The notes beneath the pieces are model-generated. The model saw only the letters and a program-made list of their open reading frames with translations. It made no database searches and was not told where the DNA came from. Source: Octopus vulgaris (Eukaryota). From it: a stretch of 64,000 nt of DNA. Shown here one piece after another: positions 13,466-28,013 of this stretch. The stretch's first letter is position 1, and every line of letters begins with the position of its first letter. Location: NCBI GenBank assembly GCA_951406725.2, contig OX597815.1:162254001-162318000 (forward strand), in the 5' to 3' direction. The translations under genes and the position numbers were made by a program.

Positions 13466-16400
13466 TTAAGAAAAGAGGACACGTTGGATGATGTAGTTCT
13501 AAAAACTGTGAAAGACAGTGGTTATTGCTGGTGTACCTTTCTTTATAAGTCTACACAAACAGAGCTGACCTGGACTGAATAAAAACTACTGTCATTACTA
13601 GAAGGTCATTTACTTTGTCTAGATTTTTTATCATAGCAAGATTTCACTGCCAACAAAATTGGTTATCCAATAAATTCTCATTTGGTGAAGTTGATAAAAA
13701 GATATAAAAATTGACATGTTGATGCAATAGTTGACAGTTAGCTTTTAAGATTTCAGCTGTTCTTCATACTTGCATTCATTAGAATATGTTCTTGCTTACA
13801 GTTCATATTACTGTAAATGTCAGTAATAGGTTTGACCTGATTATGTATGTATGCTAATATTTTGTGTATCAAAAGATATTATTTAAGTGTAGATTTTATA
13901 GCTTGATAGCTTTCAAGACTCAATTTCATATCGAAAAGCTGATAGACTGTTAAACAATTTGAGATAAAAGTAGCTGCTTGGCATTAAAGCAAGTTTCAAG
14001 TTTCATTAAAGTTCTTTCTCTCTCTCTCTCTCAACTATCATAGACGTCAAAATCTGGTCACCTGTGTTAGCAGACAAAAATATATATAATATAAATAAGT
14101 TTGAAGCATTTGGATTTTTTTTTTTTGTTACAAATGCGCTCAAATTATTATGCCATATTTGAATGAAGGGTAAAATATACAGAGGGTATTAAATTTCAAT
14201 AAATTAGTTGTTAGATGTTAAATTATATAGTTGGAAACTAAAAGGAAAAAGGGAGAAAATTTGGACAGTTTTGATTGTTAATAATAGTAATTTCTTCTAA
14301 GTAAAATCTCTGCATCCAATCACCTATTTACAAACACATTACTATTTTTTGGCATGATTGGGTGTGTGTAAGTTTAACAGCCGTAGCTGGATTTCTAAGA
14401 TCATAAATTGGTGGTGAAAGAGAACAGTAGTATAAAAAAACAAAGTTGTGATTAAGGTTTGGAAGATTTTAATTCAGAACTTTTGAAAACAAGACAACAG
14501 AGCCAGAGATGATTTCAAGTTAGTTGGTATCTTAAGGGTGAAGTCACTCATGAAATGCATGATATCACAAGAATCATACTAATCTTGTTTGCATTCATTT
14601 TGAAGGTAGTGAGGAGCTCTCTAATGTAAGGTCCCATTGTGTAATAATCTTCATGGGACTTTTAAGAGGATGTTACATAACCAGAGTTAAGTAGTAATGT
14701 ATACATGCAGGCATAACTATGGTTAAGTCCTTCTGCAATTATGTTTCAGGTTCAGGCTTTATTGTGTGGCATCTTAGGGTTGACTCGTGAGGGAATTTGG
14801 TTGATAGAAACTATACAGAGTTTGCTGTACATACACACACACACACACACAATAGATGCTTGCATGTGTGTCAGTGCGACTGTGCATTCTGCACTAAGCT
14901 GAGCCACGGACTCTTGTCATTTGTCACTATTTCCTAGTCAACCACTTCTCTAGTTCTACTCTTTCAAAGAAGAGTGGGATGAAAATCTTCCTCACTTAGT
15001 GACAGGGAAGACATCCAGCCGTGAAGTTATATCTCAATAAGTATTCATCTGTGTTATCATGGAAAAACAGATGTAACCAACGAAGTTAATACTTTTATAT
15101 ATATGGGAAACCCCACTCCCTCGTTATTGATACTTGAGAAGAGGGAAGCCAATTCACTCTCAGTAGACTTTGACCTCAGAAATGTGAGGTATATTTTGTT
15201 TGCATAAACTTCTGTTAAAATATTTAATAAAATTGTGTGTGAACAACTTGATTAAATTGTATTAAATCCGATCACAAGGCTTTGGTCAGCCTGAGGCTAC
15301 AGTAGAAGACACTTGCCCAAGATGCAATGCAGTGGGACTAAACCCAGGACCATGTGGTTGGGAAGCGAGCTTCGTACCGCGCAATCTATATATACATATA
15401 TATAGCATTAGTATCACTTGGCATAAATATTTCGGCTTTTTGTCATTGTTTTTGTTTTATTATTATTAGTAGACCAGTGATGGCAAACGTTTTAACCCAG
15501 TGTGCCAGATTTAATTTCTTTAACAATCCTGTTATTAGAACATCACACATGTGTACTTGTATGTTGTATTTTTTTTATAACCCGATACTGCAGGGAGATT
15601 ATTCTCTTGAAGCTTGTACCATGTCACTACTGACTGGCATCGTAGGTTCTTCATAACTACCAAGTTCACCCATACAGTTTCTAAAATCACAGGGTAATTT
15701 ATATATACCTTTATATACATTCCTATGCATTCTCTTTCTGTGGTTGGTGCTGTCTACTGACACAAGCCAACGAGGAGTGGTCTGTAGATTTGGTACATGT
15801 GTTTTTTTGAGAGCTGTCACTAATATCAACCACAGCTGCTACAAATTATCAATTTCACAGTTAACGTTACATTTATGCAGCATTATATTTGACTTTGCTT
15901 ACAAAGCTGATATTCACGAATGTTTCATAAAGATTTTGCTATAGATTGCTAGAAACTAGACCATGCCGGTTTATGGTCTTTAAAAGTATGCACTTACATA
16001 TGGGAGACAAATAAAAAGTTTAGTATTTAGACAGATTCACAACAAAAAATTGTGTATGTGGGGGGATTTTTGTATGTTCTAACCCCCTTAAAATATTTCT
16101 TGTTTTTATTGCTTGTATACTAGTTTTAATATTTATTGCGACAAAACTAAGTCATTAAACATTTTTTTTTATTTTTAAAACATTTTGTAAGATGGGAGCA
16201 AATATAACATATATTAGAGAAAAGTAAGTAAAATCAATCAATAGCTACAGAAATTGAATATCTTAATCTAAAGGTGTTATTGGACACCTGTGTAAGGCCA
16301 GTGTATTTTAGTGGTAATGTGGTGTGAGATGGATTGTAAATGGTGTTGGATAGAGAATATCCAAGTAGCATTTTGTATGACCATTCAAATTGTGGCTTTG

Positions 16401-17436
16401 CTTGAGAAATAAGCCCCACGTGATGGGGTGGCTGTTGCAGCAAGTGTCACTGGTCATTCTCTGTGGCAACGGCTTCATAATTTGTGTGTGTGTATGTGTG
16501 AGGCACAGCTGAATGTATGATTTGGTTTGGGGTGTATGAACTGCCCCTCCCCCATCTTTTGCTGCTTAATCTCCTTGTTTTTCTTTCTTTTCTTGAAATA
16601 ATTCTAGGTTGGTTCCCTTACCTCAATAATTCAATCTTTTATACTATTATGTTTATCTTTCTTCCTGTAAAATTATGAAATATAATCCATATAGATGTAG
16701 CTTCAGTGCTACCAAGCTCATATCCAGATGGAACTTAATCTAATCCTGATTATAAATAGTGGAATTAAAATATTTCATTTGAATTAACTTCAAACAATTA
16801 ATGTATGTTTACTATAACAAGTAAATTTTAATTACTCTCCAGTTTCTAATTAAGGTCATCTTAATTGTGTATTTGTGCACACACACACACACACACATTA
16901 TATGCACACTCAGGACTGAAACAAGCAATTTCTGCTATGGAACTTAAACCATATCAAGCTGCCACATTGGCAATTGCACCAAAGCAATCCTGTCTTTGTA
17001 GACTAACAGCACTCTCACCTCCTATCACATGTAGATTGCAGATAATTTCATAGTTATTTAACCACCTGCTGATAGGCCTCCCCGACACTGTGGAATACTA
17101 TTTGTTTATATGGTAATGGTTTGAGTAATTGGCAGTGCAGTTGCTTGGTATGCAACAGATTCATGATCAACTCTTGTGGGAGGATCTGTTCTCATTTTCT
17201 GTCCTGGTTATACCTCATAATTTATATTTAAAATCTTAACCATTTAGTGTTACAGCTTAATATGTATGTCAATGTCTCTCTCTCTATATATATGTATGTA
17301 TATATATATATTTATATATATGTGTGTGTGTGTGTGTATATATATATACACACATGTATACACACATATATATATTTACTCATACACACACACACACTGA
17401 CAGTTCTTTAATATTTTTTTTTCCTTTATTTTTCAG

Positions 17437-17481
17437 GATGTACATCGTAAAGCAAATATCAAATTTCAGAATAACTCTGGG
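17437..17481 (+). CDS. ELL: ELL window exon 1 (internal; true first exon lies upstream of the window)
   Basis: Long pyrimidine tract + CAG acceptor, GTAAGT donor, 45 nt, phase 0/0. DVHRKANIKFQNNSG resembles the short ELL segment ..RPSIRFQGSQG. Confidence 0.88.
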
Positions 17482-20020
17482 GTAAGTTGTTCCTGTAACT
17501 TTTTTTCCATTTCCATCGCATAACACAGATTAAAATGTATCTGGGCACTGTTGTAATGAGTAAACTTTTGCTTTTGGAACCTCTGTGATTTTATTTCCAT
17601 TTCCAACCTGATTAGTTCTATCTTTAAAAGTAGAGAATATATCTATATTTATTTGCCCTAAACCAGAAGGTATACCACGTGGTAATCATTAAAAAAAAAA
17701 AAACTTAATTCACACTAAATTATAAATAAAATATTTGTAGGATAGGAAGGAATTTTATTTGAATGTTTAGGAGAATATCAAATTTGTCATAAATACTTAG
17801 AAATCTCATTTATTTTGATATTTTACATGTATGTCACTGCTGCAGTAACCATCATTATCAATTTAACCTGCTAGCATGGGTCAGGTAGAGTTTATTGAAG
17901 CAGATTTTCTATGGCCGGGTGGCCAGACGTTTTTGCAGAATATTGCAAATGAATGATGCTGCTTGCATTAATAGCAACACTCATTTTACAACTGTCATGT
18001 GATATCAAGGCAGGGAGACACGCACAGATATGTATAAATATGCGTGCGCACGTGTGTGTGTGTAAATAAGGAAGCAAAGGAATACTTTAGCACATCTAAA
18101 ATGATCAGTTACAATTGTTTTTGTACCGACACTGGCTGCTTGCAATACCAGTGTGAGATTATGCAAAAATTTGAAGTGAAAATTTATATAATATTTGTGG
18201 TTTTAAACGTTAGAATGACATTTCATCAGACTAGTGTCAAAGGTGTGCTTATGTGCACTCAACGCACACACACGTGGCAAGCTTCTTTCAGTTGTTATCT
18301 ATCATATCCCCTCAAAGCTTCGGTTGGTCTGATGCTGTAGTGAAAGCTACTTGCTCAAGGTGCCATGCACTGGAACTGAACCTAGAATGATGTGGTTGGT
18401 AAGCACACTTCTTACTACACTGCCACGCCTACATCTGAACCACTGCTTCAATTCTTAACAGAAATTTAAAGCAGATGATATTTTATGCAAAGTAATTTCT
18501 CATGACGAAAGCTACAAATTTACTTGATGTGTGTTCTGTTGATTGAATCCATTTCATTACATGCCTGACACTGTTAGGACTGGCATGATTCAAACTTCAA
18601 GTTAGTGCAGCACTGCACTATTTCTGCTATTCCACTTCTTTTTATGAAGTATTGATTATCAATGAATAAACGGCTTGTGTGAGATTATTCTTCTAGATAT
18701 TTCCAAATGCATCAGCAAGATGGTTAAAAAACAACATACAAGAAAAAAAAAAAACCCCTCTTTCTCTCTCATTATGATTTCCAATAAATCATAAACTGAA
18801 TGGCAACAAACCAACTAGCCTCAGGCAAGATTTGTCTACGTCTACCAATGGCTCAAGCTATGGTTAACATTTAACAGCACCTGGTACGGTACTAGATTCT
18901 AAACCTATATTGGCTTAAATTTCCTCTTGTTGTAGTATTTTGCCCAAGCTCAGCTTGATTGAGCAGACTGATCAAAGATGTCACAGTTTATTCTCAACCA
19001 CACTGTGTACAAGACTATTATTTGTATTTTTTTAATTCTTGTTTACCTTATTTTCCTCTATACAAACCAATGTAGTATACAGTGTAAACATCATCACTAT
19101 CTTTCTAAAACCTGCTGTATTTCACATGCAATTTTGGTCCTCCAAAATTGTCTTGGTGTATAATAAGTTGACCTATCTTTTTTGGCTGTAAACTTTGATC
19201 AGAAAAATTCTACTTGTATACTAGAAAATGCAGTGTTTTTTTAAAGATGGGAGGATGCAGTTTGGATGAGATTTGCCTACTATTTCTTTATCGGTCTTTC
19301 ATTAATCTCAGTCATAAGGTTGTGATTGCTTCAGTTTTTTTTTTGTCTCATTGTTCCAACTATGACTCTCTTGTTCTTTTATCATTGTATTTAGAGCTAC
19401 ATAGTCCTATGTGAATTAAGGGAGATTTGGCTGCCATCTTATAGTTTAAGAAGTCATGTTGGAGTCTTGTTCACTTGCTGCAATTAGATTAAAGTTACTT
19501 CAAATATGTCTTTTCTGTCTTGATACTACGTAAATGTCCTGAAAAAAAAGTTTATTGGAAGAATCAGTATATCAGTTATAAATGAGATGCTTGAAATTGA
19601 TATATGTTACATAAATATTAATCAACATGTGACTTTTGTGTCCTGAATACTTTAGAGTATTTACAACGTAGAGTTAAATTGCTTATTGTTAGACTTTAAA
19701 TTTTGTATTTGTTTCTTTTCTTTTTTTCAACATGTTAATAAAATATTGATGTGTCAGTCAACTAGAAGTTATCAACACTTTTAACTTAGAGCTTCAAAAG
19801 AAAGAAAGAAAGAAAAAAAAAGTTGAAGGTTGTTTGCATATCAGCTGTGAACTTTCCCCATTTACAAAAAATATGGCACTGTCACTCATAAAAAAATAAC
19901 CTTTATAAAATGTAAGCAATATAGTAAGCAGATAGTTTGGCAGACTGTTAAGTATTGTTTTACAATAGTTAATTTGATTAAGATTCCCATTTTATATAAC
20001 TAATGTAAACTCATTCCTTA

Positions 20021-20260
20021 TTGGTGTGCTATTTCTTCTAGAAGATAGGTCTTAAATCCAAACAACTGAAGAAAGCCACTATAGAGATAGGCATGGCAGG
20101 TAAAACTAGCTCAAGGTAGCTATGGTTGGTGAGACCACAAGTGGAACTCTTCTGTTGGTGAAGATTATTAAGTTCAGTCCTTGCTGTTCCACTCAAGCGA
20201 AGTGTACAGGCTAAGGAATGAAACACCCATAACCCTGAGATGCCTACTGATGATATGGAA
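20021..20260 (+). mobile_element. Relic 3' end of an RLE-type non-LTR retrotransposon (HERO/NeSL-like)
   Basis: Translates F*KIGLKSKQLKKATIEIGMAGKTSSR*LWLVR, like the ..SSRWLWL.R C-terminus I recall for these elements. Followed by a 3'UTR motif GTGTA..GAAACACCC..CTGATGA. Confidence 0.55.
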
Positions 20261-20450
20261 GAGTTTCTAACTTCATGATGGATTTAGATATTTTAAAACC
20301 TGAGTTGCTCCTGCAGTTTCCATGTGAGGCAGATTATTGCTTATGTTTATTTCACTCGAGCCCCATTTCTGTGGATGAGTTTGGCCTATCTACTTCAGTG
20401 TTACTACTCAATATCAATGCCACATTTCTCTTCATTCTGTTGTTGTACCA

Positions 20451-20762
20451 GGTGCATGGCTCAGTGGTTAGAGCGTCGAGCTTACGATCTTGAAATTGTG
20501 AGTTCGAATCCCGGACCAGGCTGCGTGTTGTGTTCTTGAGCAAGACACTTTATTTTATGTTGCTCCATTCACTCAGCTGTAGAAATGAGAGTTGTGATAT
20601 CACAGGTACCAAGCTGTATCGGCCTTTGCCTTTCCCTTGGATAACACTGGTGGCGTGGAGAGAGGACCCCGGTATGCATGGGTGACTGCTGGTCTAACAT
20701 AAAGCAACCATGCCTGGACTTGTGCCTAGAAGGGTAACTTTCTAGGTGCAATCCCATGGTCA
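20451..20762 (+). mobile_element. tRNA-derived SINE
   Basis: A box TGGCTCAGTGG, B box GTTCGAATCC, then TGTGTTCTTGAGCAAGACACTT core. Related heads at ~8388-8560 and 63831-64000. Confidence 0.85.
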
Positions 20763-23700
20763 ATCCCAAAGTGGGTCTCAGTAGCTCAACCAGGCCAAAA
20801 ACTAAGCAATCTGCAGGTATAACATTTGCCATTCTGAACATTTTGAACAAGATCTAATTTTGGAAAATGCATACAAAAGTATATCTTGGATGAAGCTTGG
20901 TTTTTATAACCTAGCTAAACGAGTGATTCCAAGAAAACAAAGTAGTTTTTTTTTTTAATAATTTAAGGTAAAACAAAAACTACAAAAAGGGAACTGGTAT
21001 GGGAAAGTTACACTTTCAGTTAGTTTGGTCGGGTAAGAAGCATTCTACATGGGATTGAAGGTGTTAAAAAGCAATCCTAACGCTGTCCTACATGTCTATG
21101 TATATTTGTATTGCATATACAAATATACTTGAATACTATTAGCTTGAAATAGTTTGTTAATTATATGGCCTCGTAAGTATTATTTCAAGTGCAAGTGACT
21201 ACTTTAGTGCTAATAATTTTAGTCAGAGTAATTTGTGAGAGCTTATCTGCTGCAATTAATCTCCCAAGCTAAGGCAGTTGTGCAATTCATTAGTAAGATG
21301 TATTATATGAAGGGAAATCTGGACAGTACAGAAATGCGTAGATGTTAGGTATGAGCAAGAATGCAGCTAGTAATGATAGATTTAGTGTGAACAATTAATT
21401 CTTCAGTTGGATTGTTAAACAGGCAAAAAAATCTGCTAATCCTTGGTTTATCATGTAGTATTAGCTAAGGCAAATAGATTAAAGTTCAATATTATAGGGT
21501 TAATTTTTTTTAAAAAGTCAGATTGTATTGTAGGGAAAAGCCTCTTAGTGATTACTCAGTTTACAGCCTTTTCTGTCTCAAATTATACTTTACTGTCTTA
21601 ATTGAAAAACGGTTACATTGAATAATTATAATGTACCCAACATATGCAGTACATGGGAGGAGGACAGAATGGTCAAGGTTGCAATACTTTTGAGTGTAGA
21701 TCTCTGTTAGGTGGGTTTACATAGAGTGACCTTCAAAAATAACCATAAGAAAGGACTTAATCATTTAATTCTTTAGCATTCAGGTTTCTTCATCAAATGT
21801 ATTGCATATTTATTCACCTTGTTTTGAATTAACCACGCACAGTCTCATAGCTTTGAGATTTTAATGTGATTGTTTATTTTTAGAATGACGTTGTAGGGTA
21901 GGTGTGAGAGGTCAGATCTGACTGGTTTAACCCTTTAGCATTCAGATTATTCTGTCAAATCTAATGCTTTTTATTTATCTACACTGTTGAGTTAATCATG
22001 CATTATGTCAGCTTCAAGATTCCTAAAGATTCCTATGATGTTATTGTTTATAAACGTCTTTTATTATTGTCTTGGGTTGTCCCATGGTTTGTGAGTGAAA
22101 TTGGGCAGATGGAAACTGTAGAAGCTTGTTGGATTGGTTATACATGTCATTCAAAAGTATGGTCTTGTTGCTTGTGTCTTGGTGGTTCTACAGAATGCTC
22201 AGTTACATGTTGTTTCAAAGAGCTGTTGATTGAGCAAACAAACCTTCATTGGCAAAAACCATTGAAGATCTTTGATATATGTGTATGTGTGCATGCACGC
22301 ATGCATATTAATGTAAAGCAGTATTTTTAATGTTTTGTCATCTATTCTTTTCTGAGTTTAATCATGTGATACTTAGGTTGCCAGTATTAAATGTCTTAAT
22401 TTAAGGCAGTACAGATAAAAGTTTAGAAAATTTTTGCTCGTTTTAATCAATTTCGTTTTTGTGAGACATTCTCAAATTTAACTCTTTATTTCACCATTCC
22501 ACATAATTTGTATGTTATGACAATGCCATTACTGCATGCAGGAGATGTAACAATTTTAGCATTACCTACTGTTTTGATTTTAAATATTCATATTTTAAAT
22601 AACCTTTGTTTGCTCTGCTTGAACAATTAGATTGTTTACAGAAATTGAATATTTTCCAGCATTGATAATCTTTTAATTATTTTGAGACTAAGACTACTGG
22701 TGCTTCTACAGTACAAATTATGGAGTCGTTCTTTCAAGAAACTACAAAAAGGGTGATATTTAGCATTTAAGCCAGTCATATCTGGCTCAAGTTTTCTACC
22801 AATTTTTATGGCCTGATCTGGCCTCTCACACTTACCCTACAATGTCATTCTGAAAGTAAACCATCAGATCATTGAAATCTTGAAGGTATGAAATACTGCA
22901 TGATTAATTCAAATTATTGTTACTGAATGCTAAAGGGTTAAGCTTGGTGATGATGATGATGGTACAATAGTTAATGGTCATGTCTTGGCTTTATTTATGA
23001 AAGGCCAAGCCAAGCGTATTATAAAATCTATGCAAGGACTGGTAGTTGTGAACACAAATGGTCTGCAACATTACAAAAGCAAATTGAATAAGATTCATTG
23101 GGTGGGTATTGTTTACTTGGGTTAAAAAAGAAAGTTTGAGTACTTGTAAATTAAGATGCTGTGCATACAATAGACATTTAGAATAATAATGAATAGTAAA
23201 TTGAATGCTAAAGAGTTAAATATTATCTGGATCAGTTGATTGGTTTATTTATAAATTCTAACACCATACATCGGACAGCTTGAACTATCTGTTAATAACA
23301 TTAATGTATAAAAACATTAGCTAAAGTAATTCAAACTTCTGCTTATGTAGCTTGTTTTATCTTCATTCTGCCTTTGTCTTGTTTACTGACAGCATTTCCT
23401 CAGATAGTGATTTTTAAATTTTCTCATAATCTATATTAGTATATGCATTCCAAATTTATTATTAAATGGCTACTGTGTATAGCTTAACTTGACCTAAATT
23501 GCTTCCTAACTAAATAGCTTTGTCATAAAGTTTTTGCATAAGCGCTGATAATACAGATTTTGAAATTTCTTTGGTGGTTTTTATTTCATCTTATGGAATG
23601 CTATTTGTTCTGAGGAATAAGTCCTGAAGTTTTAAATATCATGAAAAAGCAACTTTTAAAATTGCTGCTGCTGCTATATATTCAGCTGAGCAAGCACATA

Positions 23701-26700
23701 CTGGTAAGTTAACATATTGACATTGAATAAGACTGCTTGACATCTTTTGACTGGATTTCATTTCGGTTGCACTGTTTGTATTATAACAATCTCTTGACAT
23801 TTCAATGACATGATGATAAGGAAAATATATAAACTGTCCAATGCTAAAGGAAAAGAAAAGAAAAAAGACAGTTATTTTTTTTTCTTTTCTATGCACTTTA
23901 ACAAACCAGCAACACATTTAAATATAATTAATGCATATATATAATTATATGCAGCAAACCGAAATTCCGGTGCAAGGAAACAGATTAGCAATTCTTTAAA
24001 ACAGAAACGTAAAAGAAAAATAGGTGCTAGATGAAATTAGTTTCATTCTTATGGAATCTTCAGTTGGTAATTGAAGCTTGATAGTAAAATAAAAAATTTC
24101 TAAAATACCACATACTGCATATGAGATACAAAATAACAAAAATCCCAGTATATTTGATGGTATCCATATACTGTTTTCATTACAGGAAAATGTTGTTGGG
24201 AGAATCACATTGTCATATGTGATCTCAGAATACTACAATAAATAGAACTTAATATGAATATATTAATTGTAGAACGACATAATATTATTCATTTATTTAC
24301 AGTGTCTCTCTTAGTATTGCCTATCCATAATGACAACAATGAGTTTTTACACCATCAAAACACAGGTTTTTATGATGTACCTCTTGAATTTTTAACATTG
24401 GGCATTTTTACAAGTCAAAAGCTGAATCATGTTATGATTGAACAAATATCAAGAAAAAAAATGTGATTGTTTATTCAAATGTTTGTAGTGTCTTTACTTG
24501 TGATCAGATTATTTTGAAAATTGATCATATTGCAAAAGAGATTTTGTGTTTTGTTAGTAAGCTGGCTATTCTCACCAAAAGTAACATGCCCATATATACA
24601 CAAATTTCAATACAATGTAGTAACAAACTCGACTGATCCCTTCTGTTCTATGTATAGCATAGTTTGTTGGGCAATTGAATTGGATCAAAACTCAATGGAA
24701 AAAGTTGTTAAAAAAATATATATAGCCTTCACATTTAACAATATTTTTGCACCACCACTTGCAAAAGGTTCACTGTTCTACCTTCATTCTTAGGCAAACA
24801 CATGGGTCAATGTTATGAATGTTACATTTACTGAATGTAAATAATTGATAGAAGAAATAAAAATTTTCTCAGATAAGATAGCTTAAGAAGAAAAAAAATT
24901 CTCTCTTAGATTAGATAACTTATATCTTCCTTTCAACTCATAAACAAGGGTAGTTCAATTTGTACTGTTACAGGTAGTATACAGGAGTGACTGGTGCTTT
25001 GTGGAATTGTATCCTGCTGGATGTTTAGCTAAATAAATTTTTTGATAACTTCAATTATTGTTATCTATCTGATGAAGATTTCAGAAGAATAAAAATAAGG
25101 CAGTCTTTTTTTTTTTGTAATATTTGAATCTGAGGATACTTCTTGCAACAAAGTAAACTAGCAATCCAACCAACCATATCTCACCCAAATATTCTACCTG
25201 TTCTGTCTAAACCAACCAGATCTGGCCTCTTTCACCTGCTCTACTGCATCATTCAAAAAATAAACGATCACATCAAAGTTTCAAAAGCTACTTGATAATG
25301 TGTAATTAATTCAAAACAATGTGAATAAAAAAGCTTTACACTTGACAAAGGGATCTGAATACTAAATGCTCAAGTTATAGTAAGGTGTTATGGAGGAAAA
25401 AAAAAGTTGTTTGTTGCTTCCCCTCCCCAGATAAGATTTTTCTTTTTAAATAATTAATTGAAATATAGGTGAAGCACCTTAAGCAAGTATACTTCATTGT
25501 GGTCTGAGAAGTGTGTATGTTAAAAGTTTCCAATAATATGTAAGGTTTCATTTTAGTTTTAATTTTGTAAATAATGAATGCTGCCCTCAATTGTTCAATT
25601 ATAACAAAAGTAAACTGTTAGATTTCATTAACAATGAATATGGCTTTCAAGACGTATTATCTTGCAACCATGGCTGTTTATCATAGTAACATTGGTTATT
25701 TGATACAATGAAGGAAGGATAATAACACCAACAGCAATAATAATAGAAATAGATGAAAAACTGAATAATTGCATTGTTGTGGTGGGTTGAGTTGGCAATT
25801 TATTTGAAACTTGTACTTTCATGTATATACAAAAATAAAATTAACTCTTGGATAATCTATGCTTATTCTTTCATTGTTTGTTTCTCGAAGCAGGTAAATT
25901 TGGAGAGACATCTTGTCTGATACAAAGTTTGGTTTATTGCTCAATAATTGCTTCTGATTTCTGTTGTAGAGGTCAACTACTCTTCTAAATTCACAGCAAG
26001 AAATTAGATTGAAAACCTATCTTTCAAATAGCCTTGTTGCTAACTGTGAATGTTATGTAATTATATCTAGTTGGCTTGGGGGGAATATTTGAACATATTG
26101 TATATTGTTGGAGTTGCAGTAATTGTTTTTACAGCTGGTTACCCTTCCTGTTGTAATCACTCAACAGTGAAGAATGGAGCCTACAGTCAGTGACTATTTT
26201 ATGCAGGAAGAGGGGGGAATGGTTCTGAGCAATTTACATTTTATGCTACATTAGAAAGTATACTGCTATATTTTCTCGACAATCTGCTTATTCTGTAGAC
26301 ATTTCCTATCTTACTGTACAGAAAGTATCAGTAAACTCAAATGTTTTTCATGTTGAATATTAGTCACTTTTATGTGATATGTTGATGTAAGATGATTTTT
26401 TTTTTTAAATGCTTGATTGTGGTAAAAATTTAAAATTAATAGTATCTCTTTTCTAAGTTATATTTCGTTGATCAAGTATTTTGCATGTTCGTGTATTTCC
26501 AATTGTTTGTGTTTGGGGATTTTAATCAGATGAAAATAACTAATTTCATTATCACCAGTAAGGGCATAGGTGTGAACAAAAGCAAAGAACAAAACACTTG
26601 TTCTTTCACATAAATGTTTGTTGTCACAGCTACATTCCTTTAAATAAAGTATGAAATTTAAAATGTGATTTTGTCTTCTGAAAGATGTGTATCGGTATTC

Positions 26701-26988
26701 AATTTATCAAAGTAAACACTGTAATTCAAGACATGCTGCCTTTTCATTATGGCAGAAACTGGACAAATTGGGACTAAATAGAGCATGCAGGAAATGGGGG
26801 GAGGTCATCCCTCACCTGCATGCTCTCTTTAGTCCAATGAGTAATGATGTACACTGCTAAAAGATTTTGTTTGGTCTACCTAACCAGTATAAAGTATTGT
26901 TACAAAGCACTAGTTTTGATATGAGTTTAATTACAGCATGTAAAAAATGCAAAATATAATATTAAAATATTTTGAATTTTCATTACAG

Positions 26989-27101
26989 TCTATCCAAATT
27001 CCATCGCTCAGAGGAGAAAATAGAACATTCCAGTTCTCATTATCAAGTATACAGGGTGACCTGAATGGCAGTTTTGATTGTTTAGAGCAATCTACTTCTA
27101 G
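26989..27101 (+). CDS. ELL: ELL window exon 2 (N-terminal ELL domain)
   Basis: TTACAG/GTAAGT; SIQIPSLRGENRTFQFSLSSIQGDLNGSFDCLEQSTS carries the ELL motif F.F.LS...GSFDC..Q; phase 0 to 2. Confidence 0.95.
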
Positions 27102-27463
27102 GTAAGTACTGAAGTTACCATATTTGACTGTTCTACTAAATTGTCATGTAGTAGACCTACTTAAGAAATATTTCCAATTTTATGAAGACACCATTTCCCA
27201 GCAACTGCATGCAAGCATCCCTTCTTGGTAATTGGTGTTTAAACATAAACTGTTTAGGTAGCAATCAGGTTTTCTTGCTTTTCTTTTTTAAATGGAGTAG
27301 GGTAGATTTTTTGTTTGAATTAACTGATTTTTATTGTCTTAGGTGTTATATAATGTTAAATGTTATGTACGGGTCTCTGTTCATAACATTTTTATATCGT
27401 CTCCCTATTTAGTTTGTTTCCTTATATGTTACTATAACACCGTGCAAAAACAAACATGATATA

Positions 27464-27559
27464 CAGTAATACCTCACTTTACGAGGATCCACTTTACAAG
27501 ACTCTGGGTTTACAAGCATTCTCTGGGAACAAATTAACTCATATATCAAGGCATTACTG
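27464..27559. mobile_element. 96-bp Tc1/mariner-pogo (Tigger-like) mini-MITE
   Basis: TA-CAGTAATACCT...AGGCATTACTG-TA. Confidence 0.7.
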
Positions 27560-27887
27560 TATTTGTTTGTTCCAAAAGCACATCTAAATTATTTATTCTT
27601 TCATATGCTTGCAACATATCACAAAATGTTACAAGAACTCAATTTAAGAGGCGAGGTTTATGTCAACATGCTTCAAAATGTTTTGGGGAAAATGATATTT
27701 GCTAGTGGTGAAGTATATTCCTTCACTCAATTTTTAAAAAAAAATCATTTCCAAAATCTGTTTTCAACAATGTGCTAGTGGTGGAGGTACTCAAATTTTC
27801 TTGAATAAAATTAAATAAAATGTAACTTTAAGCATGTTGCTAAACTATAATGCAGTAGTAATGTTTTTATATTTTCAATCCCTATAG

Positions 27888-28013
27888 ATTTGGAAGCCAT
27901 GTAACTTCATTAGGCTGTATGACTCAGAGGATAGTAGTGCAAGCTTCTGATGATGTCTACAAAACAACCAAGGAACGTATGACATTGGCTGAAGAAGAGA
28001 GCAAAAAAGTTTG
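27888..28013 (+). CDS. ELL: ELL window exon 3
   Basis: CCTATAG/GTGAGT; FGSHVTSLGCMTQRIVVQASDDVYKTTKERMTLAEEESKKV fits ELL LG....I.V.A.DD.Y......M..AEEE; phase 2 to 2. Confidence 0.95.

Noticed and set aside
20451-20525. tRNA-like sequence with A and B boxes
   Set aside because: No complete acceptor stem and it continues into a SINE body; the same holds for the other SINE heads.
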